From: an uncultured Armatimonadia bacterium
Lineage (GTDB): Bacteria > Armatimonadota > Zipacnadia > CAVVLO01
Reading direction: 5' to 3'
NCBI GenBank assembly: GCA_963749155.1
Contig: CAVVLO010000001.1
Coordinates: 864,001-928,000 of the forward strand
DNA: 64,000 nt
Shown piece after piece: positions 44,070-52,639 of the stretch; within the stretch, counting starts at the first letter, position 1; the number at the start of each line of letters is the position of its first letter. The notes beneath the pieces are model-generated. The model worked only from the letters and a program-made list of their open reading frames with translations. It was not told where the DNA came from and ran no database searches. Made by a program: the position numbers and the translations under genes.

Positions 44070-45348
44070 GCATGCCCTGATTGGCAACTCGGCCGCCGCA
44101 GTTGGCGCCATCGAAGCAATCCGCAAGGCTGGGGATACTGGCAGCATCGCCGTCTTCTCGGATGAACCCTGGCGCGTCTATTCGAGGCCACTTATCTCTT
44201 ACTTGCTGGCACATAAAGTTACCCCCGAGAAGATGTATTATCGGCCGGAGAGTTTCTATGAGAAGTTGACCGTCGATACCTTCCTTGCCGATGCGGTCAC
44301 TGCTCTGGATGTCGAAGCGAAGACTTTACAAACCGCGAAAGGCGAAGACTTTGGTTTTGAGAACCTGCTTCTCGCCACTGGTGGAGTCCCCTTTGTACCG
44401 CCAATGCCTGGCGTAGAGCTTAAGGGTGTCTATACCTTCACCAAATGGGCGGACGTCCTTTCGATAGAAGAATACCTGACCGAGCACAAGCCCACCCAGG
44501 TAGTTGTTATAGGCGGTGGCCTTATCGGCCTGAAGTCGGCTGAGGCGCTTATCCGCAGAGGCTTCTCGGTCACGATTGTCGAACTCGCGGACCGTATTAT
44601 GAGTGCCGCCTTCGACAAGACAGCCTCTGACCTGGCCAGCGAGATACTCCAGTCCAGCGGTTGCCGGGTTATCACTGGCGACACCGCCGAAGAGCTTGTT
44701 GGTCAGGACGGCCGCATCAGCGAGGTGCGCCTGAAGGGAGGCGAAATACTGCCTGCCCAGCTCTGCGTCGTAGCCATTGGCGTGCGGCCCAACACCGAGC
44801 TGCTTAAGGGCTCTCCCCTCGAGATAAACCGGGGCATCGTCACCGACCACCGGATGGCTACGAATGTGCCGGGCGTCTGGGCGGCGGGCGACTGCGCCGA
44901 AGGGCCCGACCTCTTGCTTGGTATCAAGCGGCCTATTCCCATCTGGCCGAACGCCTATATCCAGGGCAAGGCCGCTGGGCGCAATATGGGCGGCGATCCC
45001 TTCGAACTCGATGGCACCTTCGTGATGAACTCTATCGATGTAATGGATATATCCACTATCTCGGCAGGCACCACAGACCCGGGTGACGACCCAGAGGCCG
45101 AGATTCTGGTCGAGCTTGATATGGCCACGCGCAAGTATAAGAAGCTTGTTATCAAAGACAACCGCCTCATCGGTATGGTAGTTTTCCGCGATGTGGACCG
45201 AGCTGGCCTCTACACTGGGCTTATCCGCACGAAGACCGAAATCGGCAGCTACAAGGACAGGTTGCTGGCCGGCGACTTCGGACTGCTTGATATGGCAAAT
45301 TATGACCATCTGGAAGAACGCGTGCTTGGGCCTGGCATTCAGGTTTAG
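44062..45348 (+). CDS. FAD-dependent pyridine nucleotide oxidoreductase (NirB/rubredoxin reductase-like)
   Basis: LLLATG, VIGGGLIG, AIGVRPN, WAAGD. Confidence 0.88.
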   Translation: MYKHALIGNSAAAVGAIEAIRKAGDTGSIAVFSDEPWRVYSRPLISYLLAHKVTPEKMYYRPESFYEKLTVDTFLADAVTALDVEAKTLQTAKGEDFGFENLLLATGGVPFVPPMPGVELKGVYTFTKWADVLSIEEYLTEHKPTQVVVIGGGLIGLKSAEALIRRGFSVTIVELADRIMSAAFDKTASDLASEILQSSGCRVITGDTAEELVGQDGRISEVRLKGGEILPAQLCVVAIGVRPNTELLKGSPLEINRGIVTDHRMATNVPGVWAAGDCAEGPDLLLGIKRPIPIWPNAYIQGKAAGRNMGGDPFELDGTFVMNSIDVMDISTISAGTTDPGDDPEAEILVELDMATRKYKKLVIKDNRLIGMVVFRDVDRAGLYTGLIRTKTEIGSYKDRLLAGDFGLLDMANYDHLEERVLGPGIQV

Positions 45349-45366
45349 GAAGCGAGGTATACTGTA

Positions 45367-46131
45367 ATGGTGGAACTAGACCAGGAAGTCTTCGAACTGA
45401 ATGCAACCGGGATGCATTACCAGCTTCTCAATGACGCCATCCATCAGGCGATTGGCGAGGGTTGGACTCATCTGCGTCTTAAGGGCGTTAACGGTCAGCG
45501 TTATATTGGGTGCGGCCTCAAGGGAGAGGAACTCCTGATCGATATCGAGGGGCTGCCTGGTAACGATTTGGCAACCTTTATGGATGGCCCCACTGTCCGC
45601 GTCTACGACAACGCCCAGGACGGCCTGTGCAATACGATGAATGCCGGAAAAGTCTCCATCTGGGGCGATGCCGGTGACGTGTTGGCCTATGGTATGCGCG
45701 GGGGCAAGCTATTCGTCCGTGGCGATGTCGGCTACCGGACAGGCATCCATATGAAGGAATACGAAGGCAAGCGTCCCCTGGTGGTGGCTGGTGGTAAAGC
45801 TGGCGATTTCCTGGGCGAGTATATGGCGGGCGGCCTGCTTATCGTCCTGGGCCTTAACGCCGAGCCTGGCGAGTCCTTGACCGGCGGCTACCTGGGTACC
45901 GGGATGCACGGTGGGTTGATCTTCTTGCGCGGCGAGGTCGAAGACTGGCAACTGGGCGCTGAACCTGGCATCACTTGCGACCTGGCAGAAGACGACTGGA
46001 CTTTGCTGCGCGAAGCAGTTGGAGAATTTGCCTCCGAATTCAATTTGGATATCGAAGAGTTGCTTGATGCGCGCTTCTCCAAGCTATGGCCCAAGTCCAA
46101 GCGTCCTTATGGCAACCTTTACGCTCATTAG
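45367..46131 (+). CDS. GltB3/FwdC-type GXGXG beta-helix subunit
   Basis: GQRYIG, PGNDL, NTMNAG, GYRTGIHMK, GDFLGEYMAGG, GTGMHGG. Confidence 0.9.
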   Translation: MVELDQEVFELNATGMHYQLLNDAIHQAIGEGWTHLRLKGVNGQRYIGCGLKGEELLIDIEGLPGNDLATFMDGPTVRVYDNAQDGLCNTMNAGKVSIWGDAGDVLAYGMRGGKLFVRGDVGYRTGIHMKEYEGKRPLVVAGGKAGDFLGEYMAGGLLIVLGLNAEPGESLTGGYLGTGMHGGLIFLRGEVEDWQLGAEPGITCDLAEDDWTLLREAVGEFASEFNLDIEELLDARFSKLWPKSKRPYGNLYAH

Positions 46132-46154
46132 GTAACACCATCTCGAGCTAGTAT

Positions 46155-46187
46155 GAGCGTGACCTTAAAGGTCGCGCTCTTTGTTTT
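46155..46187 (+). terminator. Rho-independent terminator of the gln/glt cluster
   Basis: GAGCGTGACCT...AGGTCGCGCTC followed by TTTGTTTT. Confidence 0.8.
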
Positions 46188-46319
46188 ATTGTGACATATT
46201 TTTATTCTGCCAGTACAAGGTTGTTGTGTTACCATACCTCTCGGTGTCACTGTCCTGGGCAGAACCGCCAGAGGCGTTAGCCTTTTCTGCCTTCATCCAG
46301 GGAAGGATCGCACTAGCAT

Positions 46320-47726
46320 ATGGAGCTACAGCTTAGACTTGCCGGCCAGGCCAAGCTCGAGCAGAAGTTGAACGCTCGCCTCGTTGTCTTCTACAGGCTG
46401 CTTCAACTCAACTCACTCGAATTGCAGCAAGCTGTCCACCAGGAGATTCTGGATAACCCAGCCCTCGAAGCTGTCGAACATGACACCCGCTGTCCCCTCT
46501 GCGGCGCCGAGCTTGCCGGCGCCAGATGCCAGGCTTGTGGTTATCAGGGACGCGAGGCGGCTCTTAGCCGGGAAGATGAACTCTATTGTAGTGCAGCCAA
46601 TGATCCAGACGAAGAATATGACCAGTTCGCAAGGCTCCCCGCCCAGTTCTCCCTGAAAGACCATCTCAAATGCCAGGTGCGTATTGTCGCGCCCAAAGAG
46701 CTTTGGCTGAGTGCCGATGCGCTAATCGAGCAACTCGATGATGAAGGCTACTACCGCGGTGATTTGGTTGCCCTGGCGGCAGAGCGAGAGACCACAGAAG
46801 AGCATCTCGAGGCGGCGCTTGCCGCTATTCAACAATGCGATCCCCCGGGCACAGGCGCCAGAAACCTGCGTCAATGCCTCACTATCCAGCTTCGCCAGAT
46901 GGACTCTCCCGAGGCCCAAAGGGCGCTTCTACTGGTCCAGAAAGGCTGGGATCGACTGGCCAGGGGTGACACGGAAAACCTTGGCAGACTGCTCAAACTG
47001 ACCGATGAGGAAGTTGAAGCGGCCGTAACTTTTGTCCGCGAAGAACTCAATCCTTATCCAGCGCGCGCTTTCCACCCGCCCTGGGGAGATCAACAGGAGC
47101 CTGAGAATCTCGTTGCACCCGAGGTTGTCATCCTCGAAGCCGATGGCGATTACAGTGTGGAGGTACTTACCTCGCGCGCCTTCGGCCTCAGGCTCAGCCC
47201 GACTTATGTGCGCGCTTACACTAACCTGCAACGCGCTCGCGGCCAGGAAGCAGAGCACGTGCGCGGGTATCTCGACCGCGCCAGACTTTTTATTGCTTCT
47301 CTAAATCGCCGCACTCGCACCTTGCACAATGTGGCGCTCGCTATTGTTGGAGAACAGAAACCTTTCCTCAAACTTGGCGCCGAGTTCCTTCGACCGATAA
47401 CTCGCAAAGCACTCGCAGAACGTATCAATATGCACGAATCCACTGTCAGCCGATGTGTTTCAGGCAAGCATGCCCTGTTACCCAGGGGCGATATCATTGG
47501 CTTCGAGCTGTTTTTTGACCGGGCCGCTCCCATCAAGACTGCTATCGAAAGCCTGGTGAAGGAAGAACCCAAAGCTCAACCGTATACGGACGATAAAATC
47601 GGTGTATTGCTCAAGGAGCGTTTTGGCCTGGAGTTCTCCAGACGCACCGTTGCCAAGCATAGACTGCTGCTTGGTATCCCCGACCGCGCCACCCGTAGAT
47701 CAATGTATAAAAGAAATTCAGACTAG
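46320..47726 (+). CDS. rpoN: RNA polymerase sigma-54 factor
   Basis: LLQLNSLEL...NPALE, DPPGTGARNLRQCL, MHESTVSR, RpoN box SRRTVAKHR. Confidence 0.93.
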   Translation: MELQLRLAGQAKLEQKLNARLVVFYRLLQLNSLELQQAVHQEILDNPALEAVEHDTRCPLCGAELAGARCQACGYQGREAALSREDELYCSAANDPDEEYDQFARLPAQFSLKDHLKCQVRIVAPKELWLSADALIEQLDDEGYYRGDLVALAAERETTEEHLEAALAAIQQCDPPGTGARNLRQCLTIQLRQMDSPEAQRALLLVQKGWDRLARGDTENLGRLLKLTDEEVEAAVTFVREELNPYPARAFHPPWGDQQEPENLVAPEVVILEADGDYSVEVLTSRAFGLRLSPTYVRAYTNLQRARGQEAEHVRGYLDRARLFIASLNRRTRTLHNVALAIVGEQKPFLKLGAEFLRPITRKALAERINMHESTVSRCVSGKHALLPRGDIIGFELFFDRAAPIKTAIESLVKEEPKAQPYTDDKIGVLLKERFGLEFSRRTVAKHRLLLGIPDRATRRSMYKRNSD

Positions 47727-47763
47727 CCCCTAAAGTCTTCCGGTCCTTCTGCCGATAACTCTT

Positions 47764-49857
47764 TTGAGTCTACCGGTGGAGGAGAATCGGGTGAAATTAA
47801 GACGCACGGATGAGCTAATAGAGCAAGCCTTCGAACGCTGCGCGCGCTTGCCAGCACTGGCAGGTGAGGCTATCGCTGCAGCTATGGATGAGGAAAAGTC
47901 AGTAGATGACCTCGCCACCCTGGTCGGTACTGACCAGGCCCTCTCGGCCAGACTGATGAGACTGGCGAACTCCCCCTCGTTAGGCCGTCCCATGCGAGTT
48001 AACGACCTGCGCACAGCGGCTTTGCTTGTCGGGCTGGATGGACTAAGAGGATTGCTGCTTGGCAGTGTGATGAACCTGGTCACTCCAGGTGGTCAGGATA
48101 CCTATACCATGCTGCTACGCTTGCAGGACCATGCCGCTGCCTGCGCGGCCCTGGCCAAAAGTCTTGCGCCCAAAGTCGCCGGAGTTTTTCCGGGCGAAGT
48201 TGCTGCTGCAGCTCTGATGCACGATTTGGGCTTGCTGATTATGCTGGATACTGACGCCGCTCTGCTTGAGAAGCTGGGCGCCACCTGCAGCGAGGCCGAC
48301 TCTGAACGACTAGCGGCAGAAAGAGCTACTTTCGGCTTTACTCACGAGGAGCTTGGGGCGCGTATTGCGTCCGAATGGTATTTGCCTTCAACACTAAGTG
48401 CCACTCTGGGCCACCATCATCATCCCCTTTCGCTGGACTTGCCTGAGGAAGACAGGGCTCTCGTCCGTCTTGTTGGGCTAAGTGATGGGCTTACATATAC
48501 AGTAGGTTTCGGTGCTTTTAGCCTGCCCCAGGCACGAACCGATAGCGAGTTGTTACAGAAATCTCTTGCGCTTACCAACGAGCAGATTGAAGCCGCTGTA
48601 AGAGAACTGCCTGAGAAGGCAACCCTCTGGCGCAGTGTCCTGATGAACAAAGAACCTGTCCAGCCTTTGCAGGAGAAAGCAGTTCGCAATCTTTGGCAGA
48701 TAAGCCTTGATTTACTCCAAAGGGCCAATGCCTCTCAGCAGTCAGTCGAACTCCTTTCCGTGCTTGCCGAACGGTGGCCGCCCTCAGGGCCTGGAGCAGA
48801 ACCTGCCAGATCTGATGCCCTCGAGCAAGTACTCGGTCCCCTGGCCATAACTGCGCAGTGCGATCATCTGGGCCTTTATCTGGCTGATGCCCGCGGTTGC
48901 AGGCCTCTTTGTTCCTGGACTGCGCCTGGCACAACTGTAACAAGTGAGGAGTTTGGTAGAGCGCTACGGGAAGGCCTTAGTGGCGAACCACTTGTTACCA
49001 ATCCCCTGCCTTCCGTTGCCGACAGACCCTGGCTAGTGCTCGCAGAGGAATGTGCTTCCGGCACCAAACTTATATTCACAGCCCGGGGAGAAGCTGCCGG
49101 GTTGCCGCTCTTCCCTCGGCAGAGCGCTCTTCTCAGTTCTTTTGCCGACCTGTTTGGGGTGATGATGCAGAAGGAACTCTCTGCCGAACGCGCAAGGCAG
49201 GCTACCGAGTTTGGCGTAGGTTTGCTCGAGGCGGCAAGCGAGGCATTGCTGGTACTCGATGGCAAGGGAAGACTGGTTTACACAAACCGAGCAGCAACAA
49301 AAGCTTTGGGATTATCAGTTGCTCCAGGTGACGAGCCGCAAGCGGCACGAGAGCTACTGAAAGCCCTTGGCCTTGCAGCTAACCATCTCGAACTCATCGA
49401 TGAGTGTGCAAGTCTCGGTTGCGACCTCGACCAACTGGTTGATATTCCGGGCCAATCCGAGGGATCGCGGACTTTTCATTTACTTGGCTCCCGGCTGCCG
49501 CTTGCTACAGGGGCTTCTGGGTATCGGCTTTGTTTCTATGACATCACAGAGCTTAGGCAGATGCACGACAGGCTGGTGGAGACAGAGCGCAAATCCTTGC
49601 TGTTCGATACCTCGGTTGCCCTTAACCATGAGCTTAACACTCCCTTGTGCGGCATCTTGATGGCCCTTGATCTGCTCTCCAGCAAGCTCGAGGGCACCAT
49701 GCCGGAAGCCCTCGAGGAGATTGACACGGTGCGCGAGATGGCTGAACGCTGCACTGATGTGCTTGCTCGCCTGAGGGGTATGGAGGAACCTCACCGTACC
49801 GAGTATATCGATGGCACTTATATGCTCAATCTCGAGAAGACATCCCATGCCAAGTAA
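47764..49857 (+). CDS. HDOD - PAS - HisKA signalling protein without HATPase domain
   Basis: DQALSARLMRLANS, LMHDLG, FGFTHEELG, HHHP (HDOD); LVLDGKGRLVYTN (PAS); LNHELNTPL H-box near the C-terminus. Start uncertain. Confidence 0.8.
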   Translation: MSLPVEENRVKLRRTDELIEQAFERCARLPALAGEAIAAAMDEEKSVDDLATLVGTDQALSARLMRLANSPSLGRPMRVNDLRTAALLVGLDGLRGLLLGSVMNLVTPGGQDTYTMLLRLQDHAAACAALAKSLAPKVAGVFPGEVAAAALMHDLGLLIMLDTDAALLEKLGATCSEADSERLAAERATFGFTHEELGARIASEWYLPSTLSATLGHHHHPLSLDLPEEDRALVRLVGLSDGLTYTVGFGAFSLPQARTDSELLQKSLALTNEQIEAAVRELPEKATLWRSVLMNKEPVQPLQEKAVRNLWQISLDLLQRANASQQSVELLSVLAERWPPSGPGAEPARSDALEQVLGPLAITAQCDHLGLYLADARGCRPLCSWTAPGTTVTSEEFGRALREGLSGEPLVTNPLPSVADRPWLVLAEECASGTKLIFTARGEAAGLPLFPRQSALLSSFADLFGVMMQKELSAERARQATEFGVGLLEAASEALLVLDGKGRLVYTNRAATKALGLSVAPGDEPQAARELLKALGLAANHLELIDECASLGCDLDQLVDIPGQSEGSRTFHLLGSRLPLATGASGYRLCFYDITELRQMHDRLVETERKSLLFDTSVALNHELNTPLCGILMALDLLSSKLEGTMPEALEEIDTVREMAERCTDVLARLRGMEEPHRTEYIDGTYMLNLEKTSHAK

Positions 49858-49908
49858 CACTGAAGAAACAAAATAGAAAATCATTTTTGCCCGAGCAAAG
49901 GAAGGCTC

Positions 49909-49924
49909 TGGCACGAATCTTGCA
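49909..49924 (+). promoter_or_regulatory. Sigma-54 -24/-12 promoter
   Basis: TGGCAC-GAATC-TTGCA, a full consensus match 45 nt before the ATG, with an A/T tract upstream and AAGGAG RBS downstream. Confidence 0.8.
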
Positions 49925-49968
49925 TCCAGTTCAAAGAGAGCGGGAGTCTCTTTTAAAAGGAGTAAGGA

Positions 49969-51411
49969 ATGGAATCCAGCAGAGCCAGACTGCTTGTTGT
50001 CGAGGATGACCCAAAGCTCCGAGAACTGCTAATAAGACTGACCAAAGCAAAGGGTTTTGACACTACTGCTGCCGCGACAGGGGAGGAAGCCTTCAGCGCG
50101 CTCGAACGCCAGCGTTTCGACCTGGTAATGCTGGATTTGCGCCTGCCCGATATGGCCGGCACAAAAGTCCTTAAAGCTATCTCAGGTATTGGAGAGACAA
50201 CCCAGGTGATAATAATCACTGGTTATGCCTCTCTCGAATCGGCTATCGAATCGGTGCGCCTGAATGCGGCTGACTACCTGATTAAGCCTTTTGGCATCAA
50301 GCGCCTCGAAGAAGCCCTGGAAGGTGCTATGACAAAACTGCGCAGTCATGGCAGGAATCTGCGCGAACCTGTGCGCCAGCAAGTCTGTTCTGAGCAGAGC
50401 AATCACTCCTGGGTTATTACCCCGGATTTGCGTATCGTCGGCTCTGATGTACTCGATGAAGAGGCTGCGCCTACTTTTTGCGAGGTTGCCGGCTACCTCG
50501 GTGTAGAGGAAGAAGAACTCTCGAGGTGGGTTTCCGATACTCTGACGGGCCAACGGGTAGTTCATTCCTGTGGCGAAAACCAGTCGGTCACTTGCTTTCC
50601 TCTTCATTTTGTCGGGGGCAGAGTGCTTGCCTGTATCAGTCTGGATGAGGCAGTAGAACAGCCTCCTCATCCCGATATGGCTCGCCTTGCCCGTCACGGC
50701 CAGCTCGCTGCAATGCTGGTTCATGATCTGGCTAATCCCCTTGGCATAATTGTAGGTTATGTGGACCTGCTGGGAGAGTTGGTTAATAGCGATGAGGCAG
50801 TTGGTCGATATGTTTCCAAGATGGCAAGTGAGGCCGATCGGGCGATGGGCATCATCGACGAGTTTCGGGCTTACTTTGGCGGGATGCGCCTTGATGTGCA
50901 ACCTTTCGCTGTCGAATCCTGGGCCAGGCAACTAGGCGAAGCTCTTACGGCGGCGGGCGCGACCCACGGGTGGCAAACTCGTCTGGAGGTCGCTCCTGTA
51001 TCGGTCGAGGCTGATCCCAAAGCCCTTGAACGCGCTGTAATCAACCTGGTGAAAAATGCCTTTGAGGCTGGAGGGGAGCAGACCCAGGTTCAGGTTGCCA
51101 TCAGCCCGAGCGCCGATGGTCGCTGTTCTATTGTCGTGGAAGATGATGGGCCAGGCATACCCGAGCAAGTCAGGGCCACCCTCTTCGATCCTTTCGTCAG
51201 CAAAGGCAAGAGTGGCCCTCACCTGGGACTCGGCCTTGCTATAGTGCGTGAAATAGTAGATGCCTGCAAGGGAGAGATCCGGCTTTCAGATCGAGCGCCC
51301 CAGGGCACTCGTTTCGAGCTGTTGCTGCCACAGGCTACGAGCCTGCCCCAGCCGCATGAGACGAGCGCTGCAGAACACCTCGAAGGAGTCTGGTCGACGG
51401 CAACTGGCTAA
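49969..51411 (+). CDS. Hybrid response regulator-histidine kinase (REC-HisKA-HATPase)
   Basis: VVEDD, MLDLRLP, KPF; HDLANPL, NLVKNAFEA, DDGPG, LFDPF, GLGLAIV. Confidence 0.9.
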   Translation: MESSRARLLVVEDDPKLRELLIRLTKAKGFDTTAAATGEEAFSALERQRFDLVMLDLRLPDMAGTKVLKAISGIGETTQVIIITGYASLESAIESVRLNAADYLIKPFGIKRLEEALEGAMTKLRSHGRNLREPVRQQVCSEQSNHSWVITPDLRIVGSDVLDEEAAPTFCEVAGYLGVEEEELSRWVSDTLTGQRVVHSCGENQSVTCFPLHFVGGRVLACISLDEAVEQPPHPDMARLARHGQLAAMLVHDLANPLGIIVGYVDLLGELVNSDEAVGRYVSKMASEADRAMGIIDEFRAYFGGMRLDVQPFAVESWARQLGEALTAAGATHGWQTRLEVAPVSVEADPKALERAVINLVKNAFEAGGEQTQVQVAISPSADGRCSIVVEDDGPGIPEQVRATLFDPFVSKGKSGPHLGLGLAIVREIVDACKGEIRLSDRAPQGTRFELLLPQATSLPQPHETSAAEHLEGVWSTATG

Positions 51412-51495
51412 TGAATATCAACAAGGCTCCAGGAAACCAGGTGCCGTTGCGCAGAGTCTGGCTTTCTGTTATTATCGCGCTGGCTACTCAGCACG

Positions 51496-51542
51496 CTCTT
51501 CCTGCTCTGCTGCGAGCAGAGCTAAAAACCATAGGAAGGAGG
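51496..51542 (+). ncRNA. S6:S18 ribosomal protein leader-like RNA
   Basis: CTTCCT/AGGAAG outer stem over the SD, GCTCTGCT/AGCAGAGC inner stem and a CCA-containing bulge, directly before rpsF-ssb-rpsR. Confidence 0.65.
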
Positions 51543-51550
51543 TGAGCAGC

Positions 51551-51838
51551 GTGCAAGCGTATGAGCTGATGTATATCCTCGATCCCGAGGTCACTCCCGA
51601 GCAACTCGAGGAGGACCGTGCGGCGCATAAGGACTTCCTCGAAAAGACAGGCGCCACCGAGATGCAGGTCACCGATATGGGCAAGCGTAAGCTGGCTTAT
51701 GTCATAAAGCACCGGGCCGAGGGTATCTACACCCTCGTCACTTTCCAGGCAGAACCCGCAGCCGCGCACGTCATCAAGGAGAAGTTCCCAACACTTCCCC
51801 GAGTGCTTAGGCATATGGTTGTCAAAGCCGAAGGCTGA
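51551..51838 (+). CDS. rpsF: 30S ribosomal protein S6
   Basis: YELMYILDP, MGKRKLAYVIK, EGIY, VLRHMVVK; GGAGGTGA RBS and GTG start. Confidence 0.95.
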   Translation: MQAYELMYILDPEVTPEQLEEDRAAHKDFLEKTGATEMQVTDMGKRKLAYVIKHRAEGIYTLVTFQAEPAAAHVIKEKFPTLPRVLRHMVVKAEG

Positions 51839-51866
51839 TTACAAGCCCCAAGTGGAGGCGAGTGAA

Positions 51867-52334
51867 GTGTACAACCGAGTTATCCTGATAGGCAGGCTTA
51901 CAAGGGACCCTGAGCAGCGCACCACCGGCAGTGGGATAACTGTTGCCAACTTTACCTTGGCAGTGGACCGCCGGTATGGTCGTTCGGACGATTCCAAGGA
52001 GTCGCAAACCGACTTCATCGATATCGTTGCGTGGCGCCAGCTCGGTGATCTGGTTGTTCAGTACGTTACAAAGGGCCGTATGGTCGCTGTAGAAGGCAAG
52101 CTGCAGGTTCGCAAATGGCAGGACAGCAACGGCAACAACCGCACCACTTACGAGGTCGTAGCTGACGATGTGCGGTTCCTCGAGTCTCGCCGTAGCCAGG
52201 ACTCGGGTGACCGGCCACCGGCAAGCCAGGAACAAAGCGACACTTTTGCCGCTGATAAAGACTATGAAGACAATAATGATGTGTTCGGCTCAAGCGATTT
52301 CGGGGACGATGAAGACCCCCTCGCGATGAGCTAG
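51867..52334 (+). CDS. ssb: Single-stranded DNA-binding protein
   Basis: NRVILIGRLTRDPE, FTLAVDR, KGRMVAVEGKL; acidic tail. Confidence 0.96.
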   Translation: MYNRVILIGRLTRDPEQRTTGSGITVANFTLAVDRRYGRSDDSKESQTDFIDIVAWRQLGDLVVQYVTKGRMVAVEGKLQVRKWQDSNGNNRTTYEVVADDVRFLESRRSQDSGDRPPASQEQSDTFAADKDYEDNNDVFGSSDFGDDEDPLAMS

Positions 52335-52349
52335 ATCGGGAGGTAACCC

Positions 52350-52577
52350 ATGCCGAAAGTGTTTTATCGCAGAAGGAGAAAGGTCTGCGTTTTTTGTGCC
52401 GAGAAGCTTCCTGCGGCCAACTTCAAGGATATTAACCGCCTCAAGTCTCTTATGAACGAGGACGGCCGGATCCTTCCCCGCAGGCAAAGTGGCACTTGCG
52501 CTCGCCATCAGCGCGCGGTTGCGCAGGCTATCAAGCGCGCCCGGTTTATGGCCTTGCTGCCGTATACCAATCGTTAA
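52350..52577 (+). CDS. rpsR: 30S ribosomal protein S18 (Cys-containing form)
   Basis: [37 protein letters not shown]. Confidence 0.97.
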   Translation: MPKVFYRRRRKVCVFCAEKLPAANFKDINRLKSLMNEDGRILPRRQSGTCARHQRAVAQAIKRARFMALLPYTNR

Positions 52578-52592
52578 CCCTATTGTAAGGAA

Positions 52593-52616
52593 GAGCCCGT
52601 CCTTCGGGGCGGGCTC
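52593..52616 (+). terminator. Stable hairpin after rpsR (no U-tract)
   Basis: GAGCCCGTCC-TTCG-GGGCGGGCTC. Confidence 0.5.
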
Positions 52617-52639
52617 CTGCACGTGAAGGAGGAAGCACG

